Source of the DNA: a virus
IMG/VR virus record: IMGVR_UViG_3300029953_000001
Length of the DNA stretch: 64,000 bases
Direction: 5' to 3' (one strand)
The position numbers and the translations under genes are program-made. The notes beneath the pieces were generated by a model. It did not search any database, had not been told where the DNA came from, and worked only from the letters and a program-made list of their open reading frames with translations. This document shows, piece after piece, positions 1-9,200 of the stretch (position 1 is the first letter of the stretch; every line of letters begins with the position of its first letter).

Positions 1-1958
1 TTCTCCGACTTCTCCGTGGGCTGTTGTTTGTCCTTGTTCCGTTTAACCGTATTCTCACGGATAATGTTCTGAATGTTGTGCTGCACAGAGGGTAGGATAC
101 GTTCCAGCACAGCCTTTTCGTGCTTGCAATTGTGTACGACCACACCATTAGCTATAAATGATTCATCTTCATCCACGGTCAAATCGTGAAAATATTCCGG
201 GGCATCAACATCATTCGCTGAGTGAAGCACTCTAGTAAACCCATCTTGCCATACATCGGTTTCTTGGTTAGGAAGACCTGTATTCAACTGGTCGATAACA
301 TGAGTACGCAACCTACCCCTCATCAAATCAAGAAGCTGGGGGTACTGTTTGTAATTCCAGTAAAGGCGGAAATACCTGTTTTTCTTTCTAACCCCCTCCT
401 TTTTACCCCGCCAATCTTGGTGGAGACGCCCATGCCAAATACCCATGCTATACAGCATGGTAGATATTTGGGATACAACATGAGGAGAGATTGAATACAC
501 ATATTGTTGCCCCGAAGCATCAAAATGCCCATCCCCCAAAGCGTAAGATGACACAAGGGCTTGAATGGCCTCTGTGTTCCACTTAAACACATCAGGAGCG
601 AGGCGCTTCGTAAGGGAGCCGCACCCCGCCAATTGAATCATCTTAGCCGCAAACTTACCGTCATTGACAATGACATTGAGCCACTTTTTCCCCCCATAGT
701 TGCGAAACTTAATTTGAATATCAGCTTCAGCCCCGAGAACCCCAAACAATTTGGACTGGATATCCTGCCCAAGAGTTTCGGCCTCGTCCTGATTAATCGT
801 AAAGTTTACCCCCCATACACGAGAGGTTACCCCGTTTATATCGCATACCACTCCTTTTGTGGTGGGTCTGCCTGACTTGACCTTATTCGGGATTCCCTTT
901 CTATATATTGGGCTACCTTCTGCCAAATAATACCCCAGCAAAGAAGCAAAGTTGGAATCAACTTCAGTGCCTCCATCCCATTGTATTTTTGGGAAAAACA
1001 GGTACTCGTGAAACTCCAATTTATCCGATTCAACCCACCCCAACTTGCCTTGTGAGCAGTCTTCAATTTCAGGATCGCCCACATGGGCGACCCGGTTTTG
1101 CACTCGGGATATAGTGCCCTGACTAACCCCATACCTCTCAGCCAGAGTGTACTGATTTTCTATACTTGAATGTATCTCAGCTATTGCTTCCTCAGAGAGT
1201 TTTCGAGAAGGACGATTACGGTGGTGACCCGGCAAGAACTTACGCCCCCACTTTACCCCCCTATAACCGAGGGGCAGTGAACCTTTACAGCCACAGAAGC
1301 AGGTTTCATTTCCTCGCACAACAGCTAGTGGGTGCTCTTTAGATACAATCAGGGGTTCGGATGCCCCTTTAGCTCTAACCTCCCGAGCTATCTCTCCAAC
1401 ATGTGCAGGTCGTCCAGAAACATGAGTAACTTTACGAGCACGCCCTTTATGAGTGACAACCCAATCCCCCACCTGTACATTTTCAATCAGTTTTTCAGTA
1501 CCATCCCCCATCAGGACGCGGGTTCCGGGGGCTACGCATAAAACAAAATTCTTACGTAGGTCAAGCCGCTTCGTAGGAGCAGTAAGTTCCGGGCGTGGCT
1601 CACCCAGCAGGGCATCTCGCTGGTGAAGGTTCCACTGAGCCCCCCAGTAGAGATGGGCAGGGCAGCTACAATTAAGCTTCACATCAAGGTCGTTGGCGTT
1701 CTGAGTATCCTCCACCTTGTCCACGTCAAACTTCACCGTCACGTCGTGACCGGCAGGGTCTGAGTAGGACTCACGGCACTTAACGTTGTAGCGAAGAAAC
1801 AACTGCTTCGGGTTCGAGTCGAGCAGGGAGGGAGTACAGCCGGGACGACGCTTGATACTAAAAGAATTCGTCTGGCTCACAAGTTCGGGTACGCTAATCG
1901 CCACTTTAGTTTGCGGGTAGCTGATGTTGCCGAGTGAGATGGTGATAAAGGAAGCCAT
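1..1958 (-). CDS. Intein-containing protein, partial (C-terminus beyond window start). N-extein is about 140 aa (MASFITISLG...RKNFVL). The 470-aa intein lies at complement(129..1538). The C-extein starts at Cys codon 126..128 (CKHEKAVLERIL...).
   Basis: ATG at 1956-1958 on the minus strand; frame open to position 1, so the ORF tracker missed it (no stop in window). Intein block A CVAPGTRVLMGDG and block B VVTHKGRARKVTH. An HTH insert (LSEEAIAEIHSSIENQYTLAERYGVSQGTISRV). Two LAGLIDADG motifs (FASLLGYYLAEGS and LVSSYALGDGHF). Blocks F/G DLTVDEDESFIANGVVVHN followed by Cys+1. The host protein carries CSCPAHLY...(intein)...CKH, a SWIM-like CxC..CxH Zn motif. Confidence 0.7.
   Translation of the reverse strand, partial: MASFITISLGNISYPQTKVAISVPELVSQTNSFSIKRRPGCTPSLLDSNPKQLFLRYNVKCRESYSDPAGHDVTVKFDVDKVEDTQNANDLDVKLNCSCPAHLYWGAQWNLHQRDALLGEPRPELTAPTKRLDLRKNFVLCVAPGTRVLMGDGTEKLIENVQVGDWVVTHKGRARKVTHVSGRPAHVGEIAREVRAKGASEPLIVSKEHPLAVVRGNETCFCGCKGSLPLGYRGVKWGRKFLPGHHRNRPSRKLSEEAIAEIHSSIENQYTLAERYGVSQGTISRVQNRVAHVGDPEIEDCSQGKLGWVESDKLEFHEYLFFPKIQWDGGTEVDSNFASLLGYYLAEGSPIYRKGIPNKVKSGRPTTKGVVCDINGVTSRVWGVNFTINQDEAETLGQDIQSKLFGVLGAEADIQIKFRNYGGKKWLNVIVNDGKFAAKMIQLAGCGSLTKRLAPDVFKWNTEAIQALVSSYALGDGHFDASGQQYVYSISPHVVSQISTMLYSMGIWHGRLHQDWRGKKEGVRKKNRYFRLYWNYKQYPQLLDLMRGRLRTHVIDQLNTGLPNQETDVWQDGFTRVLHSANDVDAPEYFHDLTVDEDESFIANGVVVHNCKHEKAVLERILPSVQHNIQNIIRENTVKRNKDKQQPTEKSE
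129..1538 (-). mobile_element. Intein (Hint domain + HTH + LAGLIDADG homing endonuclease), 1410 nt / 470 aa
   Basis: Cys1 codon at 1536-1538, terminal Asn codon at 129-131, downstream Cys+1. Canonical splicing blocks and two LAGLIDADG motifs read directly from the translation. Confidence 0.65.
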
Positions 1959-1993
1959 TGACCTAGTAAGCCCTCATGATAGATTCATGTAGT

Positions 1994-2338
1994 TCAATTG
2001 TCAGAGAGACTGCGGAAGTCGAATGGGCTACTGTTGTTCTCACCGTAGAAAACAACTTGAATCCTACTGTGTAGGTTAGGTACCCCAGCGTACCCCATAG
2101 AAAGGAGGCGACGAACGACGAGGGCTCTCAGGTATTTTCGAAACCCCCTTATATTTTGGTCAGCCTTTGTGTTATTACACCACTCACAGGCGGGGAGGAG
2201 GTTGTCGATGGTGTTCTGTCCACCCATGCAGCGGGGAGTGGCATGGTCTATGGTCTTAGCTTCCCGACCACAGAACCAGCATCTCCCCTCACACTTTCTA
2301 ATAGCTTCAATCCAAAGGGTTCTAGAAATGCGGGACAA
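1994..2338 (-). CDS. HNH homing endonuclease
   Basis: CWFCG...DHATPRCMGGQNTIDNLLPACEWCNNTKAD, an HNH/Zn motif. Confidence 0.75.
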   Translation of the reverse strand: MSRISRTLWIEAIRKCEGRCWFCGREAKTIDHATPRCMGGQNTIDNLLPACEWCNNTKADQNIRGFRKYLRALVVRRLLSMGYAGVPNLHSRIQVVFYGENNSSPFDFRSLSDN

Positions 2339-2343
2339 GAAAA

Positions 2344-2781
2344 TTACTTCTCAGTTTCTACCGGCTCTTCAACCGGTTTTGGTTTGAGTTCGAGGAGGAC
2401 TTGCTTCAAGCGGTAGGGAACCTCATCAGCGGAAAGCTCGATGGGATGAGCCTTACGACGCTTCAGTTCGCGATCCTTGTCCTCTTTGCTGGGCTCAGAC
2501 GCGGCTACAGGTGTCTCTGCGACGACAGGGGTAGACTGGGGGGCTGGGGGAGGGACAAGAGCCACAGCGGGGGTATCGAGTACAGGTTCGATGAACTTGT
2601 TCTTAAGAAAGACCCCGATGCCTAGCGGCTCCTGTTTGACCACCTTCACAATCTGACCATTCCGGTATACGGTGAGTCGATTGTGATTACCCGTGTCATG
2701 CACCAGCACATCTCCCGGACGGACGTAGAAGTGGAAGTCCATGAAATCAATGGTGGTAGTTGCGACGTAACTACGCTGCAT
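2344..2781 (-). CDS. Hypothetical protein (145 aa), Pro/Glu-rich C-terminus
   Basis: Complete ORF in a tight minus-strand array. No recognisable motif. Confidence 0.45.
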   Translation of the reverse strand: MQRSYVATTTIDFMDFHFYVRPGDVLVHDTGNHNRLTVYRNGQIVKVVKQEPLGIGVFLKNKFIEPVLDTPAVALVPPPAPQSTPVVAETPVAASEPSKEDKDRELKRRKAHPIELSADEVPYRLKQVLLELKPKPVEEPVETEK

Positions 2782-2881
2782 CTTGTATCCCCTTATACCT
2801 TACTCAAGTAGGCAATTATGATTCAACACCTACAAAAGGGGGGAATATTGGTAAAAGTAGGTTATAACCCCCTACCCCCTA

Positions 2882-3541
2882 TCAGGAGGGGGTAACATCC
2901 ACGGCTCCGTTCACTATGCTTAGGACGAAGGGTGCTCCTGTTATGCTGTCTAGCACTGTAATCCCGGTTACTCCTAGTTGATAGAACCCATCTAGAGAGC
3001 ACCCCCATAGGTTATTGCCGTTTCCATTACCGTTACTTCCAGTACAGATGAGCCCCGTTTGAAATGTTGGAGCTATGTAGTAACCCACCCTGAAGTAGTT
3101 CTCCCCCGAGCCCAACGTGGTGAAGGGGGAATCTATACCAAGGTTGCCATAACCGTTGGATACCACTGCGATGCATAACTCACTGATGTAGCTGGTAGTG
3201 AGAGGAGGACTCTTCCATATGGCGTCGGGTCCGGCTCCCGATATTAGACTTCCAGTGTCGTAGGCATTGACACCGGAAAACTCCCCTACAGTCATGGCCT
3301 GTACCCCCTCCGAGCCGCTGATGGTTACAGTGGTGGGTCCGCCTACACATCTTGAGCAGTACCAGAGTCCTGTTCCGGTAGCAACCCATGTGTTACCCGC
3401 AGTGTCAGAGCAGGACGAGCCCCCTCCGCTCATCGAGGCTATTAAAAAGTTACCCAACGTGGTGTTGGTTAGATAGGTCAACGACCGAGAGCCTCTACCA
3501 GCAAACCCCACTGAATTTGATTGTACGTATGCTATGGACAT
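2882..3541 (-). CDS. Hypothetical Gly/Ser/Thr-rich protein (219 aa), possibly virion-associated
   Basis: Beta-rich composition with an SNGNGNGNN run. Sits in the structural module. Confidence 0.4.
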   Translation of the reverse strand: MSIAYVQSNSVGFAGRGSRSLTYLTNTTLGNFLIASMSGGGSSCSDTAGNTWVATGTGLWYCSRCVGGPTTVTISGSEGVQAMTVGEFSGVNAYDTGSLISGAGPDAIWKSPPLTTSYISELCIAVVSNGYGNLGIDSPFTTLGSGENYFRVGYYIAPTFQTGLICTGSNGNGNGNNLWGCSLDGFYQLGVTGITVLDSITGAPFVLSIVNGAVDVTPS

Positions 3542-4209
3542 CCGAAGCCGCCTAAACTTGAGTTCTGTATAAGACCTTGGTAGTCTATAAAAGGGACTTC
3601 ATTCCCTTTCTGCAAAATAGTTTGAAATAACTCTTGACAAGAGTGCGGGAATCCCTTAGAAACATAGAGGGGCAACAAACCTCAATCTAGAACGGCTTCG
3701 GAGGCCAGCATGAAATCCACCCCTATTAGCAGGCTTGGGCAGTCGCAAAGCTCTTGTGATTGTGACCGCAGTTGGCAAGCTCCTCATGGATGCCGGTCGA
3801 TGCGCTCCAAGAGTTAGGGTTGCGGACGATAACGCTGTAGGTATGACCGGCTTACCGCATGGCGCGACGGCGCTACTTCGGCCCGCTGGTACAACGCTCG
3901 AATCGAAGACAGCACGGGCCATGAAATCGCCCCTGATGGTTCCCAACTCCCCACCGATCAGGAATGCCGCTGAATTTGAGGGGATGTAACCCATGGGCAA
4001 ATCCACAATCAGCACCTTTCAGCTTTTCGCGATGTTCCCCCGAATACTTGTTCCAAAACACACAAGTGCCCAGTGGAGCTTAGTTTCCACTGGGCACCTA
4101 TGCAGGAGGTAACGATGATGCATAGACTAGGGGTCGTCCAAAACCACAGCCTACAGTAACATAATACTCACAAAAAATGAGTTGATGATTTGTTCTTTCG
4201 TCGTCATAC

Positions 4210-5655
4210 CTAATTAATATTCAGTGAGAAGCGTTTCTTCCCGCTATCCCAAATACGATACCATCCCTTGGCTTCCGCTTCGGATTTCTCATCCATGCCT
4301 GCCTTGACCCTTAGAGCGTACTTGCTTTTACGAACTGAACCGTTGGTGTACGAGTAATCCGGCTTTAACTCCTCTTCGAATGTGAACCCCAGCTTTCCAT
4401 AGAGCCCACCCGTGTGAAACCGATTATCACTAAAGGTGACCATTCGCTTGAATCCCATAGAGCGTAGCTCAGGAAGAGCTAGATGAAGAGCCTTTTCATG
4501 AGGATTCCATGCTTTATATTCATGATTCCAACTAGCCCGATGCCACAGGATGACACCCTCTTCACGTTTCATAAAAACCCATACACCCACAAGTTGGGTA
4601 CCATGGTGGGCAGTCACCGTCAGGCCACCGGATGCGGCTCCGAGGTAATGGTACGCATCTAGAAAGGTTCGAGCTTCAAATGGAGTTTCATGATGGATAG
4701 CAAAAACCGGCTTGATGCGCTTCCCACTCCGGGGTTGAATCATCGAACGTACGAGTGCCTTAACTACATCAGGTTTCTCATTCCACTCATCCTGATAAAT
4801 CTGGAGAAGGCGGGTTGCGCCCTGTTGTAACCACTGAAACTTATCGGCGTCTTTAGACCCTTGAAGGTATCTCTCCGAGTGCCATATCAGTCCATGGTAC
4901 TCAATAGCTAACGAGGCCGAAGGAACGTAGATATCCACTGTATGTCGTCTGGAAAACTGGGGAACCAAAGAGGACAAAGGGACTTCCATCTCTACCGGAA
5001 CGTGGTATTCGTTACGAATGAAATCGGCAATATGGGTGGCTGGAGAGTTCGCCATCATACCCATTCGGTGACATCCACAGGACTTAATCAGTCCTTGTAC
5101 GAGGGAGTCGCCGTAAACCACTGACGTGTTCCCGCAATCACAAGTCACATTCCACTGGTACTTCCCCCCCTGACCCACTCCATGTACAGTCGTTGTCGTA
5201 AGAGCGCCGAACCGCTGCCCTTCTATGTCCTTGAAGTTAGCGAGTGTGGCTTGTTCTCTCATGTAACAACCACATGAAGACGTGTGTCCACTATTCAAGT
5301 GAGCAGTGGATACCAGTGCCATGCCCCCACATTCACAAGAGCACTGCCAGAATGACTGACCGTTATACGACCCCTCGTTACGTTGGTGGTCTAATGTTAT
5401 AACTAGAAGCCGTCCGAATTTCCTGCCCACCATACTGGGGATACGATTCTGGCGACTCTCTTTTACCAGACAACCACATGACTTGGATAACCCTCGCAGC
5501 ACAGAAGCCCACGATATTTCTTTTGTTCCACCGCAGGAGCACACGAACCGATACTTCGTATGAGACACCCTAAGATTAAGAGGTAGGTTCTCCTGCTGAG
5601 GGTCAAGACGAAGTCGGTTCCACTGCATACCCAGCATATCCATACTAATACCCAA
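4210..5655 (-). CDS. Putative homing-type endonuclease: three tandem Zn-ribbon repeats, a Vsr-like PD-(D/E)XK nuclease domain and a C-terminal domain
   Basis: Repeats FVCSCGG..SKSCGC, WQCSCECGG..SSCGC and WNVTCDCGN..KSCGC. Nuclease-like TVDIYVPSASLAIEYHGLIWH...RYLQG...D. Free-standing, immediately downstream of the capsid gene terminator. Paralogous architecture at 33462..34397. Confidence 0.45.
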   Translation of the reverse strand: MGISMDMLGMQWNRLRLDPQQENLPLNLRVSHTKYRFVCSCGGTKEISWASVLRGLSKSCGCLVKESRQNRIPSMVGRKFGRLLVITLDHQRNEGSYNGQSFWQCSCECGGMALVSTAHLNSGHTSSCGCYMREQATLANFKDIEGQRFGALTTTTVHGVGQGGKYQWNVTCDCGNTSVVYGDSLVQGLIKSCGCHRMGMMANSPATHIADFIRNEYHVPVEMEVPLSSLVPQFSRRHTVDIYVPSASLAIEYHGLIWHSERYLQGSKDADKFQWLQQGATRLLQIYQDEWNEKPDVVKALVRSMIQPRSGKRIKPVFAIHHETPFEARTFLDAYHYLGAASGGLTVTAHHGTQLVGVWVFMKREEGVILWHRASWNHEYKAWNPHEKALHLALPELRSMGFKRMVTFSDNRFHTGGLYGKLGFTFEEELKPDYSYTNGSVRKSKYALRVKAGMDEKSEAEAKGWYRIWDSGKKRFSLNIN

Positions 5656-5687
5656 AAAGCGAAGGGACTGAGATTTCTCTCAGTCCC
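5652..5687 (-). terminator. Rho-independent terminator downstream of the capsid gene
   Basis: Perfect hairpin GGGACTGAGA-TTTC-TCTCAGTCCC (5664-5687). On the minus strand it is followed by UUCGCUUUUUGGG. Confidence 0.6.
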
Positions 5688-5711
5688 TTTAACCTTATCT
5701 AGTCACCTAGA

Positions 5712-6668
5712 TTAGTTCTCGCCTACGTTCGGGGAAGCGAAGCGACCACTTACAGTCAGACGCTGTACGCCGGACGGGTTGAAGACCAAGAAGCCGAGGT
5801 TCTCGAAGATGGAGAAACCAATCTGGCGGAGGTCAGGACGGTCTGCACTCATGACGGTTAGCGGGATACGCTCTGGGATGACACCGAGGAACTCAGCGTC
5901 GGCCAGAATGTACACGCAGCCATAACCAACCTTACGGGACTGGAGCAGAGTTGCGCCCCACAGGTAACCCATAACACCGGTCTTCAAGAGCTTGCGCTGT
6001 GTCTCACGGTCGATGTTCTGCTGTGTCCACTTGAGCAAGTCAGTGTAGTCGCGGGGGTTGAAGAAGCAGAAAGCCACCGAGAGGTCGTGACGCTGAACCT
6101 GACCGAAACCATCAGCCATGCTGTTGATGTCGATAGGAGCCGAAATCGCGATGTCCACGTTGTACACGGGGTCGGTCTGCGCCTTGCCTGCTGCGGCAGT
6201 TGCAACCGCGTCAAACAGGGTGAAAACGTAGCCGTCTTCTGCTGCACCGACTTCAGCCTTCGCCAAGTTAAGCGAACGGGCCACGAGGTCGAAGCGGCGT
6301 TCCTTAATCTGGGTGATAGGAATCATCGGGTTGGATACGATTTCGAACGTCGGAACCGTAACACGCTTCGGCTTTGTCACGCGAACGATGTCACCACCTT
6401 CTTCACCGACGACGAAGGCTTCCACGAAGCTACCACCGGGGGCCGAGCCCACAGTCATAGCAGCAGTGTCAAATTCCTTATCGTAGATGGGCAGAGCACC
6501 ATCGGGCAAAGTCTCAACCATCAGCGCCTTACGGGCGATGGACATATAGTCACGACGACGACGAAGTGACGGGCCAAGCGAGGCAGCAAGCTTCTGACGA
6601 CCACCGGCAGTCTTAAGCAACTGTCCGAGCATCGCGGTCTGCTGCTGTGTGCGAGAAAGATTAGCCAT
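5712..6668 (-). CDS. Putative major capsid protein (318 aa)
   Basis: Strong RBS AAGGAAAAGGAAT-ATG; a strong terminator follows. Gene order acidic scaffold-like protein, small head protein, this gene matches a head module. No diagnostic motif, so the call is positional. Confidence 0.4.
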   Translation of the reverse strand: MANLSRTQQQTAMLGQLLKTAGGRQKLAASLGPSLRRRRDYMSIARKALMVETLPDGALPIYDKEFDTAAMTVGSAPGGSFVEAFVVGEEGGDIVRVTKPKRVTVPTFEIVSNPMIPITQIKERRFDLVARSLNLAKAEVGAAEDGYVFTLFDAVATAAAGKAQTDPVYNVDIAISAPIDINSMADGFGQVQRHDLSVAFCFFNPRDYTDLLKWTQQNIDRETQRKLLKTGVMGYLWGATLLQSRKVGYGCVYILADAEFLGVIPERIPLTVMSADRPDLRQIGFSIFENLGFLVFNPSGVQRLTVSGRFASPNVGEN

Positions 6669-6692
6669 AATATTCCTTTTCCTTTTCTCTCG

Positions 6693-7154
6693 TTAGAGCA
6701 GTGAAGCTACGCCAAGCCAAGGCTCAGCAGCGGAAGGAACATGGGTGCAGATACCGACCGCAGGATTGCCAGAAAGCGTTCCCTTGTTGGTGGTGTCGGT
6801 GTACAGACCAATGTTGCTGTGAGTGGTTCCACCACAGTAGATGTACTTACCGATAACAAACGTCGGCGAGTTCACTGTGTCGTAAGACTCAGAGTTGACG
6901 TTGCCCTGAAACAGGGCGCGGACAATAGGAGCCTTCTTGGAACCGGAGGGACCAATCGCACCAGCGAATTCGCCGGGACCATTGAGCAGGACGCCAAAGG
7001 GCACAAGTGCCGCAGCGGTGTCAGTGTCGGCGGGAACGATGACAGCTTCCAGCGAGGTGTTGACAGCAGGAACCTTGAGGGCAACAATCTTGCCACCGAG
7101 GTACCCAGCCGCAGTCAACGTCTGCTGGTCAGTGCCGGGGTCACCCGTGAGCAC
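6693..7154 (-). CDS. Hypothetical head-module protein (153 aa; decoration- or scaffold-like by position)
   Basis: Immediately upstream of the capsid candidate on the same strand and frame, separated by TAA and an RBS. Confidence 0.35.
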   Translation of the reverse strand: MLTGDPGTDQQTLTAAGYLGGKIVALKVPAVNTSLEAVIVPADTDTAAALVPFGVLLNGPGEFAGAIGPSGSKKAPIVRALFQGNVNSESYDTVNSPTFVIGKYIYCGGTTHSNIGLYTDTTNKGTLSGNPAVGICTHVPSAAEPWLGVASLL

Positions 7155-7607
7155 AACGTCAGGCGACCACTGAGAGTCGTTCTGTCCGTAATACCTATGT
7201 GTTATCCACTTTCGTGGAGGTAGGGCATTTCTGCCTACCTCTTATAGTTCACTATTTCCTATAAGAGCGGACTATCGCATCACCGTTTAGGTGCCCTCTC
7301 GCTTAGTCTCTCAGGCTGCACAGTAACTGTTTGTTACTTGCTTGCCCCCTGTTGGCATCTCAGCTTCCAAGTCGATCAGAGTGGGTTTATACTGGCCTAG
7401 CTATTAAGTCAGTTTAAGAGCCATTTTGACTTTTTCTCCATGTAGAAGTTTTGAATTAGCCCTCACTCCAATTCTTAGTCGAGGAGACCGACCGTTGAAC
7501 TATAGAGCAGTGACTTACTTCACATACCTATGGGGTGGGTATTGGGAGAAAGCTAGACTTACATTAAATTTTAATTTTATGCCCGTTTTTCTGTCCATAA
7601 TAAATAA

Positions 7608-8306
7608 GTGAACTACCTATACCTTAGTATGTTCATATACCTAGTTACCAACACGATAAACGGCAAAGCCTACATTGGAAAAACCTCGAAAACCGTCAAG
7701 GGACGGTGGGAAACCCACCTTCAGAACGCAAAGATGGGGTTGCCCTACCATCTATACCGAGCTATTCGAAAGTATGGGGTTGACGCTTTTCATGTACAGA
7801 CTATCGCAGAATGTAATAACTCAGAACAGTTGAGCGAGTTGGAGAAGATGTGGATTTTGTTACTAGGTACTCACAGCACCAAATATGGGTACAATATGAC
7901 CTATGGAGGTGAGGGGGTTACCGGAACTGAGGAGGTGCGTGAAAAAATTAGACAAAAGGCCATGGGTCGGATTCCGTCTAAAAAACAGAGAGCAGTTGCG
8001 TCAGCCCTCTTCAAGGGTAAGCCAAAGCCTATAATTCAGCGGAAGAAAATGGCTGCTTGGTGGGATGAGACCACACCTATAGGCCAAGCTAGACGTAGTA
8101 AACAGGCGTTGGTAGCCCGTCGCGTCAATGACATTGAAAACAAGAAACTGAAGGACTACCTATGCCCTGACTGCGGGAATGAGTTTGAGCAAGTTACCAA
8201 AGGCGTATACGGTGGGCACCGTAAGGCGTGCCTACACTGGAAGAGAATGTCTGAGATTGTCGAAGAAGAAATTGGGCTGACCCTAGACGAGGTACTAGAC
8301 TCCTAG
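7608..8306 (+). CDS. GIY-YIG homing endonuclease (I-TevI/Seg-like)
   Basis: YIYLVTNTINGKAYIGKTS...R..H..YGYNMTYGGEG, then a basic C-terminal DNA-binding region ending in a CPDCG Zn finger. Plus-strand island in a minus-strand module. Confidence 0.8.
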   Translation: MNYLYLSMFIYLVTNTINGKAYIGKTSKTVKGRWETHLQNAKMGLPYHLYRAIRKYGVDAFHVQTIAECNNSEQLSELEKMWILLLGTHSTKYGYNMTYGGEGVTGTEEVREKIRQKAMGRIPSKKQRAVASALFKGKPKPIIQRKKMAAWWDETTPIGQARRSKQALVARRVNDIENKKLKDYLCPDCGNEFEQVTKGVYGGHRKACLHWKRMSEIVEEEIGLTLDEVLDS

Positions 8307-8403
8307 CGAAGTTTTTTCTTTATCGAGTTCCCGCAAAGCTTGGTATCTACTACTGTGAGGGCGAAAGCCCAGCTTTACGTCTAGTCTAGTCAAAAGGAAA
8401 TAT

Positions 8404-8673
8404 ATGAATCAGCCATCCGATGTGTTCTACACGGTCGTCTACGAGGACAACTCTATCAAGAAGCCACACCGCCGCCAGAAGTTCACTGGCTATGTAACCA
8501 CAAAAGACATGAGGGCACTTTTTGGTGCCCCTTCACCCCAGTTGTTCAGGAATTGGGATGAGGCCAAGGAGCTACTGGACATTGCCAACCGGGACTTGGG
8601 AGTAAAGGGAGTAAATCCGACGTTCTCCGTCTTCATCATGACCTTCCGGCTCACCGAGCTGGGTGGTCGGTGA
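8404..8673 (+). CDS. Hypothetical protein (89 aa)
   Basis: RBS AAAGGAAATAT-ATG. Travels with the plus-strand endonuclease cassette. Confidence 0.4.
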   Translation: MNQPSDVFYTVVYEDNSIKKPHRRQKFTGYVTTKDMRALFGAPSPQLFRNWDEAKELLDIANRDLGVKGVNPTFSVFIMTFRLTELGGR

Positions 8674-8852
8674 CGCGGGGGAGAACCGCATCCGGGATGC
8701 ACGCCGCGTAGGCTATCAAGGATTTGGTGAAGTCGAGTTTCCGTTCGCAGTTGAGCGACGTTCACCGTGATGCATATGAAGACCCTGACTGTGAGTCGGC
8801 TGAGGGCTCTTATGAGAAAGACATTCTGGACGACTAAGGAGAAACAAACATT

Positions 8853-9143
8853 ATGGGTTTTTGGAAAGACACGCTCAGGGACAGCCTTCGTCCCGTATCA
8901 CTTCTCTTCTCAGCACTTGGTATCCTCTTGCCGTACTACCTCCTCGTATTTATCGCACCCCAGCACTGTGTGAGGATTGCTGTCGGGGTTCTCATCGCTA
9001 ACCTTGTGGGCTATGCCGAAGGCCGGAGCAGAAACGATAGGAAGAAGTCGGAGAAGGCAGTATGTTCCCGGTTCCACAGGGAAGATGACGATGATACCTA
9101 TGACGATAACTGCCCTTGCTGTCACGACCGTCCCAGCGTATAA
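8853..9143 (+). CDS. Hypothetical membrane protein (96 aa) with a Cys/Asp-rich tail
   Basis: RBS AAGGAGAAACAAACATT-ATG. Two hydrophobic helices; C-terminal DDDDTYDDNCPCCHD. Confidence 0.45.
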   Translation: MGFWKDTLRDSLRPVSLLFSALGILLPYYLLVFIAPQHCVRIAVGVLIANLVGYAEGRSRNDRKKSEKAVCSRFHREDDDDTYDDNCPCCHDRPSV

Positions 9144-9200
9144 GGCAAAAGAAAACGCCCCGATACTCTCGGGGCGTTCCTGTTTCTGTTGTACAGAGGG

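Noticed and set aside
3656-4015. 119-aa Arg/Ala-rich minus ORF and 3735..3989 plus ORF
   Set aside because: Low-complexity. They overlap each other in a region better explained as a structured non-coding spacer.
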